DNA of 64,000 nt, taken from assembly GCA_002104905.1 (NCBI GenBank), contig MCFE01000410.1, positions 1 through 64,000 on the forward strand. The letters run 5' to 3'. Each line of letters begins with the position of its first letter. Position 1 is the first letter of the stretch. Source of the stretch: Basidiobolus meristosporus CBS 931.73. Taxonomy: Eukaryota; Fungi; Basidiobolomycota. Shown here piece by piece: positions 13,004 through 26,649 of the stretch. The translations under genes and the position numbers were made by a program. Under the pieces are notes generated by a model. That model was given only the letters and a program-made list of their open reading frames with translations. It was not told the origin of the DNA and made no database searches.

Positions 13004-16000
13004 AGTTATTGGAAAGAATAAGTATCCCATACCTTAGATTGATGAGCTTTTGGACCAGCTCAATGGAGCCACAATATTTAACAAGATTGACCTCATGTCA
13101 GGATACAACCAGTTTAGGGTGATGCCAGAAGTCATCCCAAAGACAGTATTCAGGGCCAGATATGGACATTACAAGTACTTAGTCATGAATTTTGCCTCAC
13201 CAATGCCACTGCAACATTCATGATCCTGATGCAGACTATCCTCCTGGAGTACTTAGACAGGTTTGTGATAATCTACCTAGGTCACATATTGATACACAGC
13301 AAGACAGAAGAGGATCATGTAGTGCACATTGAAAAGGTCTTGAAGAAGCTAAGAGAGAACAAACTATATGGCAAGCTATCTAAGTGTGAGTTCTTTGAGG
13401 AACATGTTGAATAACTGGGACATATAGTGACTAGCACAGGAGTGACTTTGGACCCTAAGTAGGCTGAAGTTATCATGAATCTGAAGCAGCCCCATAGCAT
13501 ATCAGAGCTCAGATCACTCCTTAGAATGGTTTTCCTATTATTGGAGACTTGTCAAGTTCTTGGCAAGTATTGCACTCCTTTAACTGATATCCTCAAGAAA
13601 GACAATACCTATAAGTGGGACATAGCTTGTGAGACTGCCTTTCAAATGCTCAAGAATGAACTTGCCAAGCTGCCAAGCTTAAGAATACCTGACTTCAGAA
13701 AAGAGTTTACTTGGTACACATATGCTTCAGATTATGCAATTGGTGAAGTATTGAGCCAAGAATGCCAGGGAAAGGACTACCCAGTTGCCTTTGAATCCAA
13801 GAAACTGAACTCAGCAGAACAAAACTATTCAGTCCATGAGAAGGAGATGCTGGCTATAATACACTGTTTGAAGACATGGAGATGCTGTATTGAAGGAGTC
13901 AAATGCACTCTGAAGACTGATCATGCCTCTCTCAAGTATATATTTACTCAGAAGTTACTCTAGTACAATGACAGGATGGAGTGATTACATTCAGCAATTT
14001 GATTTGCAGATTGTCTACTGCCCTGGGAAAAACAACATGGTTGCATTCAAGCAGTATTGTGGGTTCTCAGCAGCATCCACAGACAGATGTGCCAATTTGC
14101 ATATCTCTACCTCCCTATTTCTCTTCTGCACTTATTTTTCTTTTATCCCATTTGTCTTGACTGATAAGGACTATCACTTAAGCTGGCTGACTATCACACC
14201 TGCTTACCTTATTGCATAGGTTATCCCTCACTTTATGTAAGATTACTAGCTGTAAGTGCTTCTATATTGGGCAAGTATCCATGCCAGTACCTGTGACACA
14301 TGTCAAGCCTTGTCACCATCCTTACCATTTCTATACCATAGATGATATCCCTATGCTACACATGCTTCAGAGTATTGATTCATGATTGGTTGGATGTGCT
14401 GCACCTCTTAGAGCCTTCCAGCACCTACTTAGAATGCTCTTTGCATATTTTGATGTCTTTAAGATTTGTATTGATCTCTTGAACCTTCTGGAACACCATT
14501 ATTAGTATTTACTTAGCTAGTGAGAAAAGTCTATAAGGGAGGCAATCCTCCAACAATAAATCATCATCCCTTTTATCAATATACTGACTTGTTGATTAGT
14601 GTGATCACTACTACCTGCTGCTACCTGAACCTCCAACTGTTACAAGTCTTGGTATAAGAGTTGTAGAGGAATAGGGAGTTTAGCTAGTATTGTATTCACT
14701 AAAACTTGAACTGATTTTTATTGAGGTTCCAGCAGCTCCTTAAATACATTTTGCCAGATCAATTGCTGACTAATTGTATTTCCTAATGTAGGTTGCGGCT
14801 GATGACTCATTTGATTGCATCATCATCACCCAATAAGATCCTACTTAATATATCTATTTTCTGTCTGATAAGGATCTGCTGCTTCATTTGCTGACTAATG
14901 TTACTGATATGATAGATAATACTGATATACTGATAACCTAAACCTATAACTAATTCATTTGACTAAAACTGATCTAACTTAAACATTCAAGCGGCAGATC
15001 ATAACATTCTCCCCTACTAAAGTTGAGAAGGTTCTCCTGAATCTCTTTTCTTGTGATACCAATATCTTGATGGTTCAGTATTATCAGCAAGTCTTGCAAG
15101 CTTGAGTCTGTCCCTATGCACTGAGTCTTCCCGGATATTGCCTTGTTTGTCCACCAGTTGGTAAGTTGCAAATGGACATTATCTGATGATCTTGAATGGT
15201 CCTGTCCATTGTGGCTCAAACTTCTTCCAGGTGTTGTTTCTTAGCAATACAAAGTTCCCAACTGTCAATGCTTCTGGCGCTCTAATCTTATCAAATCTCT
15301 GCTTCATCTTTTCTGCACTTTGAGATACTTTGGTCTGTGCCTCTTGACATCTTTGTTCCAGCTGCTGGTGTCTACTTGGCTGACTGAGTTCATCTTCTAA
15401 GGTGTCTGTAAGCTTTGGTTGTGTGAGATCTCCTGGGATCCTTGGTTCACATCCATACACTAAGTAAAATGGTGATTGCTGGGTGGTGTTGTGTACTCTG
15501 ACTCTGCATGCAAAGAGTGCTTGGTCTATATAATCATCCCATCTACTGACAGCTCCATTTGCATACTTGGTCAGCATCTTTCCAAATAATCCATTAAAGC
15601 GTTCAGTGACTCCATTAGTTATGGGGTGATATGCCAAGGTTTTCAAGTGTTTAATCTGCTGCATTTCCAGGTAAGCCTCTAATGTCTTTGCTATAAAATT
15701 TGCTCCTCTACCAGATAAGATCTCCACTGGGCATCCAAACTTCATCAGGATCTCATGGTAACTGAAACTTGCAACTTCTTGTTCACTGGCTATTGGTACA
15801 GCTTTAGCAACTGGCCATTTAGTGGCATGGTCAATTGCTACTAAGATCCAACGGTTGCATTTTCTGGTGGTTGGCAGTCTTCCAATAAAGTCAATTCCCC
15901 ATCTCTCAAATGGTCTTACAGGCTCCAAAGGGAAGAGTTTGCAATTCTTTGTGGCAGGCCTTGATTGATTTGGCAGTTTGGGCATGTTTTCACTAGCTTC

Positions 16001-16037
16001 TCAAAATCTTGTTTCATTCTGGGCCACCATGCTCTGG

Positions 16038-16841
16038 TGTGGTAGGGTAAACATACCTCCCACAGACAAGTTTATTCATATAGTCCTTATGATATACTTA
16101 TCCATATTTTATCTTATCAGTATTATCCCATTCTTCTTTTGCCCATATTATCAGTATTATCCCCATATGATGTTTACCCTGATTAGTTATTAGCATTAGT
16201 TATCCCAGATGTTATTCAGCTTTGTGATCAGTAGATGTATCTATATAAGGCAAGTACCCGCGTCAGTACCCGTGACACATGACCTAGGTCTGTGTTACCA
16301 TCCCTACCATTTCAATACCATATATGGTATTTCTATGTTGCACAGGTTTCAGACTACTGATTCCTGATTGGTTGAGAGTGCTGTGCCTTTTAGAACCTTC
16401 CAGGACATTCTTGGCATATTTTTAGCTCATAGTGATGTCATCAAGAATTCCACTGATACCTAGAATCTTCTAGAACCTTGTCATTAGTAATCACTTGGCA
16501 ATCAGGAAAAGTATTTAAGGGAAAGCAATCCCTCATCAATAAATCATCCCTTCTATCAGTAACACTTCTACCTTATTGATTAGCAGTTGATCACTGCACC
16601 TGCCTTCAACAGCACATCTCAGACCTGCAATCAAGGAGCTTTTCAGGGTAGTGCACAAGACACACAGAGGCCTTTGGAGACACTTGGGGCACCTAGGAAG
16701 CTAAAGAAGCAGGAGCATTTACCATAGTGACATATTGACAAAGGCACCAGCAGTTTAGACACAGAGGTTATTGCACCCATCAGACACCTCACACACCTTG
16801 AATTGTGTAGCTTCTCCCAAGAGTACCTCTACACCACCACA
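16038..16841 (+). repeat. Family-C solo LTR (804 bp) inserted into the integrase region of copy 2
   Basis: TGTGGT...ACCACA ends, flanked by CTGG and CCGG (4-bp TSD with one CpG decay). The host sequence is contiguous in copy 1 (ccatgctctggctttcac). Confidence 0.88.
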
Positions 16842-19800
16842 CCGGCTTTCACAAGGCTATAGGTTCCTTCAATCCCAAGATGTCCATATCCATTGTGTAG
16901 CTTATGTATTAAATCCAGGCAAGAAACATAAGGGTAATAGGCAATAGGGCTTCCATCAACAATTTGGTAGAGTGTTTCATCCTGTACTACAAATTTGCTG
17001 GCTTCATCATGGATTATCTTCTTGATATCTTCATCCACCTCATTAGGAACAGCTTGGTCCTTGAAGTACTTTGGTAATTGGCTAGGCCAATCTGATTCAT
17101 GCACCAAGCTGAGTTGTGCAACTTGATCTAATCTTGATAAGGCATCAGCAACCATGTTGTTTTTTCCAGGGCAGTAGACAATCTCCAGGTCAAATTGCTG
17201 AATGTATTCACTCCATCTTGTCATTCTTCTAGAGAGTACCTTCTGAGTAAATATATACTTGAAGGAGGCATGATCAGTCTTCACAGTGCATTTGACTCCT
17301 TCAATTTAGCATCTCCATGTCTTCAAACAGTGCATTATAGCCAGCATCTTCTTCTCATGGACTGGATAGTTTTGTTCTGCTGAGTTCAGTTTCTTGGATT
17401 CAAAGGCAACTGGGTAGTCCTTTCCCTGGCGTTCTTGGCTCAGCACTCCACCATTTGCATAATCTGAAGCATCTGTGCACAGAGTGAACCCTTTTCTGAA
17501 GTCTGGTATTCTTAAGCTTGGCAGCTTGGCAAGTTCATTCTTGAGCGTCTGGAAGGCAGTCTCACAAGCTATGTCCACTTATAGGTATTGTCTTTCTTGA
17601 GGATATCAGTTAAAGGAGTGCAATACTTGCAAAGAACTTGACAAGTCTCCAATAATAGGAAGCCATTCTAAGGAGTGATCTGAGCTCTGATATGCTATGG
17701 GGCTGCTTCAGATTCTTGATAACTTCAACCTTCTTAGGGTCTAAGGCCACTCCTGTGCTAGTCACTATGTGTCCCAGGTATTCAATGTGCTCCTTGAAGA
17801 ATTCACACTTGGCTAGCTGCCATATTGCTTGTTCTCTCTTAGTTTCTTCAAGACCTTTTCAATGTGCACCATGTGATCCTCTTCTGTCTTGCTGTATAAA
17901 TATGTCATCCAGGTAGATTATCACAAACTTGTCTAAGTACTCCTGAAAGACAGTCTGCATCAGTGTCATGAATGTTGCAGGGGCATTAGTGAGGCCAAAA
18001 CTCATGACAAAGTACTCATAATGTCCATATCTGGTCCTGAATGCTGTCTTAGGGATATCTTCTGACTTCACCCTAATCTGGTTGTATCCTGACATGAGGT
18101 CAATCTTGCTGAAAATAGTGGCTCCATTAAGTTTGTCCAAAAGCTCATCAATCCAAGGTATGGGGTTCTTATTCTTGATGGTAACTGAGTTCAGGGCTCT
18201 GTAGTCAATGCACATCCTAAGTGTTCCATCCTTCTTTTTCACAAGCACTGGTGCTCCCCAAGGTGACTTGCTGGGCCTGATATATCCTTGCTCCAATAGC
18301 TGATCAAATTGTCTCTTCATTTCCTCCAATTCCAATGGACTCATTCTATAAGGTGTCTTGCTCACTGGAGGGCTATTGCCTGTGTCAATGGCATGAGCCA
18401 CATCTCTGACTGGTGGTAGGCTTACAAGCTCATCTGGAAACACATCTGAATATTTCTTCAAGAGATTCTGGACCTGCTGGGGTGCTGGGGTAGCGGAATC
18501 CTCCTGTAATACTGCCATGAGGAACATCTGGGTACCTTTTCTAAGTGCTCTATAGAACTGGGTCTTGCTAAGTTCACTTGTCTCACACATACTGGAATTG
18601 ACCAAGTTAAAATCCAGCCTGGCAGGTAAGAGCTCATAGGTCTTGTTGTCTTTTTGGATCTGAGTAGCATGGGTTCTCCAGTTGATTGATGGATTACAAC
18701 AAAATAGCCAGGTTTTTCCAAGTTCAAGGTCAAACTTGCAGTTCCCAAATATATAAGCCTGTAGGTCTTCTTCATAGTCATTGATCTTCATTCTTACTGG
18801 CTGAGTAATACGGTTGATTATGTGAGAGTTCCCATCAGCTGTTAAGACTGAAGTTAATTTGGTAGGTTCTGTGTTGATTCCAGCTTTCAGAGCAAATTGC
18901 TCTGACATGTACTCATGCAATGCTCCTGAGTCAATCATGATCTTGGCAGGTACTCCATTGATTACTCCATTCAAGTATAATAGCTTTCCTGAGCTTAAGG
19001 TCATCTGGGATAGGTGTTCTTCTGTCATGTGGAAGGTGAGTTCTGAGTCTTCTTCAAGTTCATCCTTCATGTTACTATGCTCCATGGCCTCAATAAGGTT
19101 AAAGGTTCTTGATGACTGATGTCCATTTCTTCTCTGAGGGCAGTACTTTGCAATATGTCCTTGCTGGTGGCAATTGAAGCAAAGTCCTTTCTTCTTACAT
19201 TCTTCCAAGGCAGGACTCTTCTGCATAGCATCTATTCCCATTGGTACTGCTTCTGACTGTCTTCTTTCATAATGATTGTAACCTTTCTGATTAGTCACTG
19301 TAGGCTTCCCAACTCCAAACATAGCTGAGTCATAGTCAATGGCAATCTTGATAGCTTCTTCAATAGTTTGAGGTCTTCAATAATTCACTTCCTTGCAAGT
19401 TCTTTCTTTTAACCCATCAATAAAGTATTCAACTTGATCCAGGGGGTTCATTCTTTCAATTTGTCCAAGTAGACATCTGTACTCATAGATGTATTCTTGA
19501 ACCATTCCTTTCTGTCTGAGTGTCTTTAACTTCCTTCTTGGTAGTGTCTGCTGGTGTGGAGGTTCAAAAGCATCCTGAATTTCCAACACAAACCCATCCC
19601 AGGTAGAGATTGTAGAGCATCCCATCATAGTGGCTGACCTGATCTTGCTGTGGTACCACTTTAAAGCTGCATCTGCCAGGTAAGAAGCTGCACCATGCAA
19701 CTTGCTTTCTGGAGCAATTCCTTTAGCTTTAAAAGCTTCTTCAATCTGAAAGAGCCAAGTCCCCAGGTTTTCATTGACTCTGCCATGGTACCGGTTGACC

Positions 19801-20364
19801 TTCACACTAAAGTTGCTCTTGACAGGGCTTTGCTGGCTCTGAGCCATGGTAGTCATTCCTTGTTGCTGTTGGCTGAGGATCTGGAGTAACAGTTGTTGTT
19901 GGGCCAGGATTTGCTGCATGGCATTCTTCCATTCTTGATTGTCTGACATTTTGAGGGTAGTTTCTTCTTTCTTCAGGAGGGAGGTTTCTGGTATTTGCTG
20001 CTACCAATGTTACAAGTCTTGGTATAAGAGTTGTAGAGGAATAGGGAGTTTAGCTAGTATTGTATTCACTAAAACTTGAACTGATTTTTATTGAGGTTCC
20101 AGCAGCTCCTTATATACATTTTGCCAGATCAATTGCTGACTAATTGTATTTCCTAATGTAGGTTGTGGCTGATGACTCATTTGATTGCATCATCATCACC
20201 CAATAAGATCCTACTTAATATATCTATTTTCTGTCTGATAAGGATCTGCTGCTTCATTTGCTGACTAATGTTACTGATATGATAGATAATACTGATATAC
20301 TGATAACCTAAACCTATAACTAATTCATTTGACTAAAGCTGATCTAACTTAAACATTCAAGCAG

Positions 20365-21445
20365 TGTAGTGGGGTCACAGTGACACCCACAGGCAGATGT
20401 GCTCATTCTCATACGTTCACTTCCCTAAAAAGGATTACCCCCCCCTATATTAGTATCATCCCAAATTGCAATATTTTCTATTCTGTCTATGTGATTATTA
20501 CTATGCAACCTGAGAAACTATTTGTCACTATTATTCCATTGCACAAGCTATTCCTATTCCTTGCCAAGATGCCAAGATAAGATAGTTACCATATAAGGCA
20601 AGTACCCCCTACAGTGCCCATGTCATGTGACCATCTTGGCTTCATAACCCTCCTATCCTACTACCATAAGAGGCAACCACATGACACCGGGGTTTCATAT
20701 TACCACTACCTGATTGGCTAGGTGCTACTATGTCTCATGGAACAATCCGCCAAGAATTTGCGCTATTTTTAGTACGCAATGACTTGATTGGCTGTCTACT
20801 ACCTTCTGGAAACTTCCGGAAAGTATTTTCTAGCAAGAAGTTGAGCAGCAAAAAAGTATATAAGGGAGGCTATCCCTTAAAATAAATCATCCCTCTTCCA
20901 ATATTCCAACTTATTGGTTAGTGAGATCACCGCTACCTATTACCACTATTTTCTGACTCAGACCTGACAACACTCCCAGGAAACCATGCTGACAGCCAAC
21001 TGACCTTGGAGGCACTACTTGTGAGGAATACTCAGAGTAGGTATATTTTATTGTATTTGTTTGTTTTCCCAAGTTTGTTCTTGTACAGACAAAGATACTT
21101 TTTAGTCATTGTAACTATTGGTCAAAGCTGCATTCTTATCAAGTCCCTGTTGGTGGAGTTTACAGTTGCTTTGGCTTTGGAAGCTTTAGTACATTGTCAT
21201 CTCAAAGCACATCAAAGCCATTATAAACTTTTGTTAAGACGCCAACTAAGTTGGGGATTGTAGCTCAATAGTTTTCCCTTGACAAGCTTGAGGCTTTGTC
21301 CCCCATCACATTAGATTAGACAAAAAGACCCAGTATTCCTGGCAAGCATTTGCCAGAGGTTATTGCACCCAGTGAACACCCCACACACATTCACACTTGA
21401 GAAGTGTTGGCCATATTTTGCCCTTTGGACTTATACACCACCACA
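20365..21445 (+). repeat. Family-B solo LTR inserted into the 5' LTR of copy 2
   Basis: TGTAGT...ACCACA ends, TSD GCAG (20361-20364) and GCGG (21446-21449). The host LTR resumes with cagatcataaca. Contains TATAA followed by AATAAA. Confidence 0.9.
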
Positions 21446-21961
21446 GCGGCAGATCATAACACAACTACAGGACACTCCAGGAAACTGTGCTGACAGCCAA
21501 CTGATCTTAGAGGAACTACTTATGAGGAGTACCCAGAGTAGGTATCTTTTATTATATTTGATTCTTTCCCTAGTTTTTTCTTGTACAGGAAAAGATGCTT
21601 TTCTGTCTTTGTAACTATTGACCACAGCTGCATTCTTATCAAGTCCCTGCTGGTGGAGTTTACAGTTACTTTGACTTTGGAAGCTTTAGTACATTGTCAT
21701 CTCAATGGACGCTGAACCCAGCACATACTTTTGTTAAAATGCCAACTACGTTGGGGATTGTAGCTCAACAATTCTCCCTTGACAAGCTTGTGGCTTTATT
21801 CCCCATCACATTAGATTATAGATAGAACCCAAGTATCCCTAGCAAGCTTTTGCCAGAGGTTACCACACTCAGTGAACACCCTGCACACAAAACACTTGAG
21901 AAGTGTTGGACATATCTCTCCTGTGGACTTATACACCACCACAGCAGTAGATCATAACACA

Positions 21962-22950
21962 CAAATATTCTGCTGAGTTGTATTATGATAAGTTTGGAGC
22001 TTGTTCTTCAAGACAGAGTCTAATAAATAATATACATTGCTTACAGTATGCTAGTACTGAAATAGCCTTTTGGGAGTTTTATATACCAATAGAAGATACA
22101 ACTTTTACTAATATCCTCAATCTTGGCCTGACAATATACTATAAGCAGTGTTTCCCATTTCTACAGCAGCATCCTGACCTTTTCTTGAATATTGGGTTGA
22201 TATACCTCTATACTGACTTTTGCTTATTTGGAAGTCACTTCTCTTTCTCAAAAGCCCTTTCCTTATTTTGAAATTCTGAGCTCCCCTTTAACCTTAGTTA
22301 GTGTGTGCTGGGTGTCTCAGAGGGGTCTTTAGGGTAAAGGTTTTCTTAGAGAGGACTTTTCCTGCAGTAAAGTGGTAGTTTTCTTGTAGAACATACAATG
22401 AATTCTTGTGAGCTTTGCAGTATCTTTACTGATATAGTACCACTCAAAGTCAGAATGCTCAACAGGGCAAGTGATGCAGGGGAAGCCATATAGATCTTAG
22501 ACTTGTGATTGTATTGTGGAGATTCTTGAAAGAGATGCTCCCCGTTTATTTTTCAGCTGAGGAAATCATATATATGAGAATCTTGAAGGTTCAAAGTTTT
22601 TGGGCAATTGAGCAAGCAATACACACGATACAAAGTCAATATTTTTAGTAATGTGGATAAAACATGGGTGCAGCTTCTGTTAATATTTTATGTACACAAG
22701 CAAAGTCATTATAGTAATCCTAGCAATAGAGGCCTAGTATATATGGTTATTATACTCCTTTGATCAAAACTCCTTAAGCCCTGCTTCAAGTGAGCTACAA
22801 TTTAAACATTTGTTGCCTACTGAGTGCTCTTCATGACATACAATTCTTGGATGGATTGCTTGTCAGGGCTCAGAGCTTTTGTCCTTCAAAGTTGCAAGTT
22901 TGTGATCTATTATTTGTGTGTGACAGTTGCAAAATGCAAAATTAAGAAAT
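21962..22950 (-). repeat. Unclassified ~1.2-kb repeat, inverted homologue of 32301-33470
   Basis: Reverse complement aligns with 32480-33470 (for example gacttcccctgcatcacttgc and gggagttcagaatttc). No coding motif recognised. Left end abuts the family-A LTR remnant; right end approximate. Confidence 0.6.
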
Positions 22951-23299
22951 GATTGCAATATTGATTTTTGTGATAATGAAATAATTTTCAATACCACAGT
23001 TTTGGGACCTACTAAGCCTATTCTAGGTGCTTGAGATGCCAACACTATGTAAAAGTTTAACTACTACATTCACATTTAATAAATCATTGAGTGAAACCCA
23101 CATAATCTACTTGCAAGACTTACTGACAATACTGAACTAAAAAGATACTAGTGTTACCAGAAATGAGATTCAGGAAAATCCCTCTTAACTTTAGTAACAG
23201 AGGATGTTATAATCAATTGCTTGAATAGTTATGTTAGATCAGTTATTGGTCAAATTAATTGGCTTTACATTTAGCCTAACCATAAATCACTTTATGATA

Positions 23300-25990
23300 A
23301 TAACTTGGTCCTGTGGGTGGATCCAATCTGGATCAGCCATCAGGATCCCATCAAGAGACTATCATTATACTTGCAGCTTGGAGTTACTGACCCTCTTAAT
23401 GATTTTATGGTAGGATCACAACAGTGTTTTGCTAATTTTACTACCAAATAAAGTGACAAACCTTAATGAGATTTGGTTGGTGCTGTAACAATAATTGCAT
23501 GGTATTGTTGTGGTCTTATTGCGCTCTACAGCTATTGTAAATGGATTCAACCCGCCAGGAAATCTAATTATCTTATATGGCAAGAAACCTGATGGAGTTT
23601 CAACAAGCTCACAGCAAGACTCAGATGGCATTTTATTGGCAGTATGGTGGCCTATAGCTGGTCCTGTATAATGCTACCTTACCAATTTACCAAATGGTAT
23701 TTCCTTTTTCTACCTCCCCTTGTGCAAATCACATATTCCACTGTAGAATCACCCCTCTATATTTGCTTACCCATTACTACCTTGGGTCTTCCACATATAG
23801 TTCAAATCAAAAAAACTTTGGCCTCCTGCTTACTAACCTTTACAAATGTGCACACCTGCTGCAATTGACATACTTTATCACCTCAACCTTACAGCTTTTC
23901 AGTGTGATACTTGCAAAGCTGCCATATACCTTGTACAACTGGTAACATAAGCATCTTGCAAACATATTCTTGGTTGTTATCACTTCTGCCATGAATACCT
24001 CCTGAGTATCTGCAAATAACTTCTTGGTATTTAGCCAATATATTCCTTCTCCCTGCTGGACTCAAGTCACACTCATAGGTATGCTCTGGCTCTTGTTTGT
24101 GTGAATTCTGTATGGAATGATGTAGAAGTTAGCTAGTGACCTAGAGAAATCTGGCATACCTTGGTAGAGCTTTCCTAATAAAAATTAGTTGCTTGTTGCA
24201 CCCAACCCAATTTTGCAATACTTAACTGATTACCCAAGTATTGGGGTGCTTAGCTTCTTAATGCCATATGCATAGGTGTCTCCATGCTTACATTTGTCCT
24301 CAGTATTTTCCAACTCTTCCTGGCTGTCCACTATGTGCCAACTCATTGCATCCATGCCAGCCTTGAAGGTAATATTCTTGATGGGATTAGAATATGGTAG
24401 TACCTGCAAGTTGACTTGTCTTCCTATCCTCCTACATATCTGCTCCATAGGAAACTATCAAAAGGTGGAGTAAGGCCCAATATTCTCCACATACCATACA
24501 AGATGGAGTAGAAAATGGATACAGTAGCAGCTGAGATCTACGTGTTCAGCTTTATGTGTGTTGTATAGCCCCTCAAATCTCATTACAGACTCCTTGCACA
24601 ACAGCTGTAGATGTGTCAAGCTGGCAGTGGTGATCAGCTTCTAGATCAGTATTCATACAATGTCCATATATGACTCCCAATGCTTCCAATGTACTCTTGG
24701 TAGGAATGGCTTCAGAACGCCACTTGAATAAATGCATATCCAATTTATCCATTCTTTGCGTTGTATTGTTGCATATATGTAGGAATATTGAGTGGAGCCT
24801 GTGGGAAGTACTTAGGTTAATGGATACTCTGTAATATCTTGGCAATTTTTTCAAATTTCTCTGGAATCTTGAAGGGCTCATTTAGCTTGAAATGCACCAT
24901 GTACAACTTGGTCATCAGTATAGGGATATTGTTGAGAAGCAAATGCATTGCTCCCAGTGGAATGCTTTTGCTCCAACAGATACCCTCTACCTAAAATATC
25001 TCTGGTCTCCAATTGCTACCATATTGTGGCCAATGGCTTATAGCTTGCCAACTTTACCGCAATTGCATGCTGACTTCTGCACATTTTCTCTGTGGAAAGA
25101 TGATATTCTCAGTGCTGGTGTTGGGGTAATAATAATGTGCGTGAGTTATGGACTAAATCCCCTGGATATCACACATTAGACAGTAACACTGTCCATTGTG
25201 CCCAGAGAAACCTGCTATCTTGCTGATGGCTGGGGTATCTCCAATGTAGATACTAATATGTGCTTTGACATGATGGCCATTTACTGTTATCCTGCTCAAA
25301 GGCATACAAAATTAATCCAGCAATGGATACAGGTAGCTACACTCTTATACCATAAGATGGGTGGCAGATTCAGATTGATGAGAATCAGTGGCCAGCAGGA
25401 TTTGCTGGTGGAGTACTTGTAGAATGAGAATCTATCAAGTGCCAAGGCAAAGGAATAGTCATACAAACCTTCAATGTTGCCCTTGCTTCTTAGCTGTCTG
25501 TAATATTTGCCATCAAATATATTGGATATGTTTGCACTTGATTGATACTGAGTGCAGTACTCTATAGCTTTGCAATATTTATTGGACTGTATTAGCTTCC
25601 ACAGACAGGAAATTACCAGAATTTATCCAGAGTGTGAACATTGTTTTCCCTTGATGGTTGTGGATTCTTGGCAATTTGGACACATTGCTATGGTAGCATT
25701 CTTGGATATGAGTACCATGCAACTGTTAACATATGCTGGAATCAGGACAGTCTTTGGATCTTATGTTGCCAGCCACATGATGGTTGTCCACTTGTACCAT
25801 ATACATGGTAAGTTGCATCCTGGAATGAATTTGGCAATAAGTAATAATAACTCCTCAAAGCCCCATTACTGATATTAGTGAAAATGCACCACTGCTCTAG
25901 CCACAACATTACATCATTCACTAGTAAATGGATTGCTGGGCTCACTTGGCTCCCTAAAGTATCCTTGGCATTAGTTTCAACAGATGTAGT
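23300..25990 (-). pseudogene. CACTA/EnSpm-type transposase pseudogene (copy 1)
   Basis: Inverted homologue of 31410-35230. Shows GAMHLLLNNI (DxMH-like) and MEQICRRIGRQVNLQVLPYSNPIKNI. Many stops. Confidence 0.75.
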
Positions 25991-26649
25991 CTTGTTGCAT
26001 ATTGGGACTTAACCAGGCTCATAGGTGGTACTGTGGTTAGGGATATAGGCTCACAATCCAGCAGTGAACCTTCTTTGTCAGAGCTATCACTCTGCATGCC
26101 ATATTTAGATGGCTGAGGTTAGCCTAAAGGCATCACAAACTCACCTGACTCAGTTTGCCCAAGGTGACAAAGATGGCCAGGTGCTAATATAGAAGTATCA
26201 ACTGGCTGGCAAGATAATGTTGGTAGAGTAGTAACTAATGAATGGTCAAATATGACTTGTGCGGCAAAACACTGGCTGTGATCCTTGTTATACTTCCTAT
26301 GCTGTCTGCATGCTTCATGGCTGAGAGGCTTGCTACAATAGCCACATGGTCTTTTTCTCTTCTCTTACAGCATTGAGTCAAAGTAGTCTTGTCCATGGGG
26401 CAAACAGTTTGACCTTCAACACTGTAATGCTATTTTACCACTTTTTGGTCAATACTCATGTGACTATAAGACAGTCTTCTATCTGAGACACTGCACTTAC
26501 ATGAGTGTAGGATCCAATGATGACCCACCATAGTAGACATTATAAATAAAGTTGTGGCACCACATAGTCCAGATTCCGTATGAGAGGATAATATGTGTAG
26601 AGCACTCAATATCCCAGGTAGAGAAAGCAGTACCTTTGCTGCTAAGAAA

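Larger units (their letters stand above)
7150..14043 (+). mobile_element. Older Ty3/gypsy family-A element (protease-RT-RNase H), split by the 8065-13003 insertion and truncated at both ends
   Basis: Same protein as the nested element but on the + strand and mutated. The RT reads [11 protein letters not shown] up to 8064 and resumes in frame with IGKNKYPIP after the duplicated AGTT (13004-13007). Breaks off at PGKNNMVA (~14043). Confidence 0.9.
14638..21461 (-). mobile_element. Ty3/gypsy family-A copy 2, full span but inactivated and carrying two nested solo LTRs
   Basis: LTRs at 14638-15006 and 20008-21461 (the latter split by 20365-21445), TSD CAAC (14634-14637, 21462-21465). Gag-pol is broken into ORFs 19377-19949, 17859-19322, 17306-17578, 16829-17284 and 15179-15985. 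Confidence 0.93.
14055..21943 (+). repeat. Family-B solo LTR (~1.07 kb; pieces 14055-14637 and 21466-21943), interrupted by family-A copy 2
   Basis: Ends align with the other B LTRs (tgtagtgggg...acaccaccaca). TSD GCAG at 14051-14054 and 21944-21947. It sits inside a short remnant of a family-A LTR end (cattcaagcag|tagatcataaca). Confidence 0.85.
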
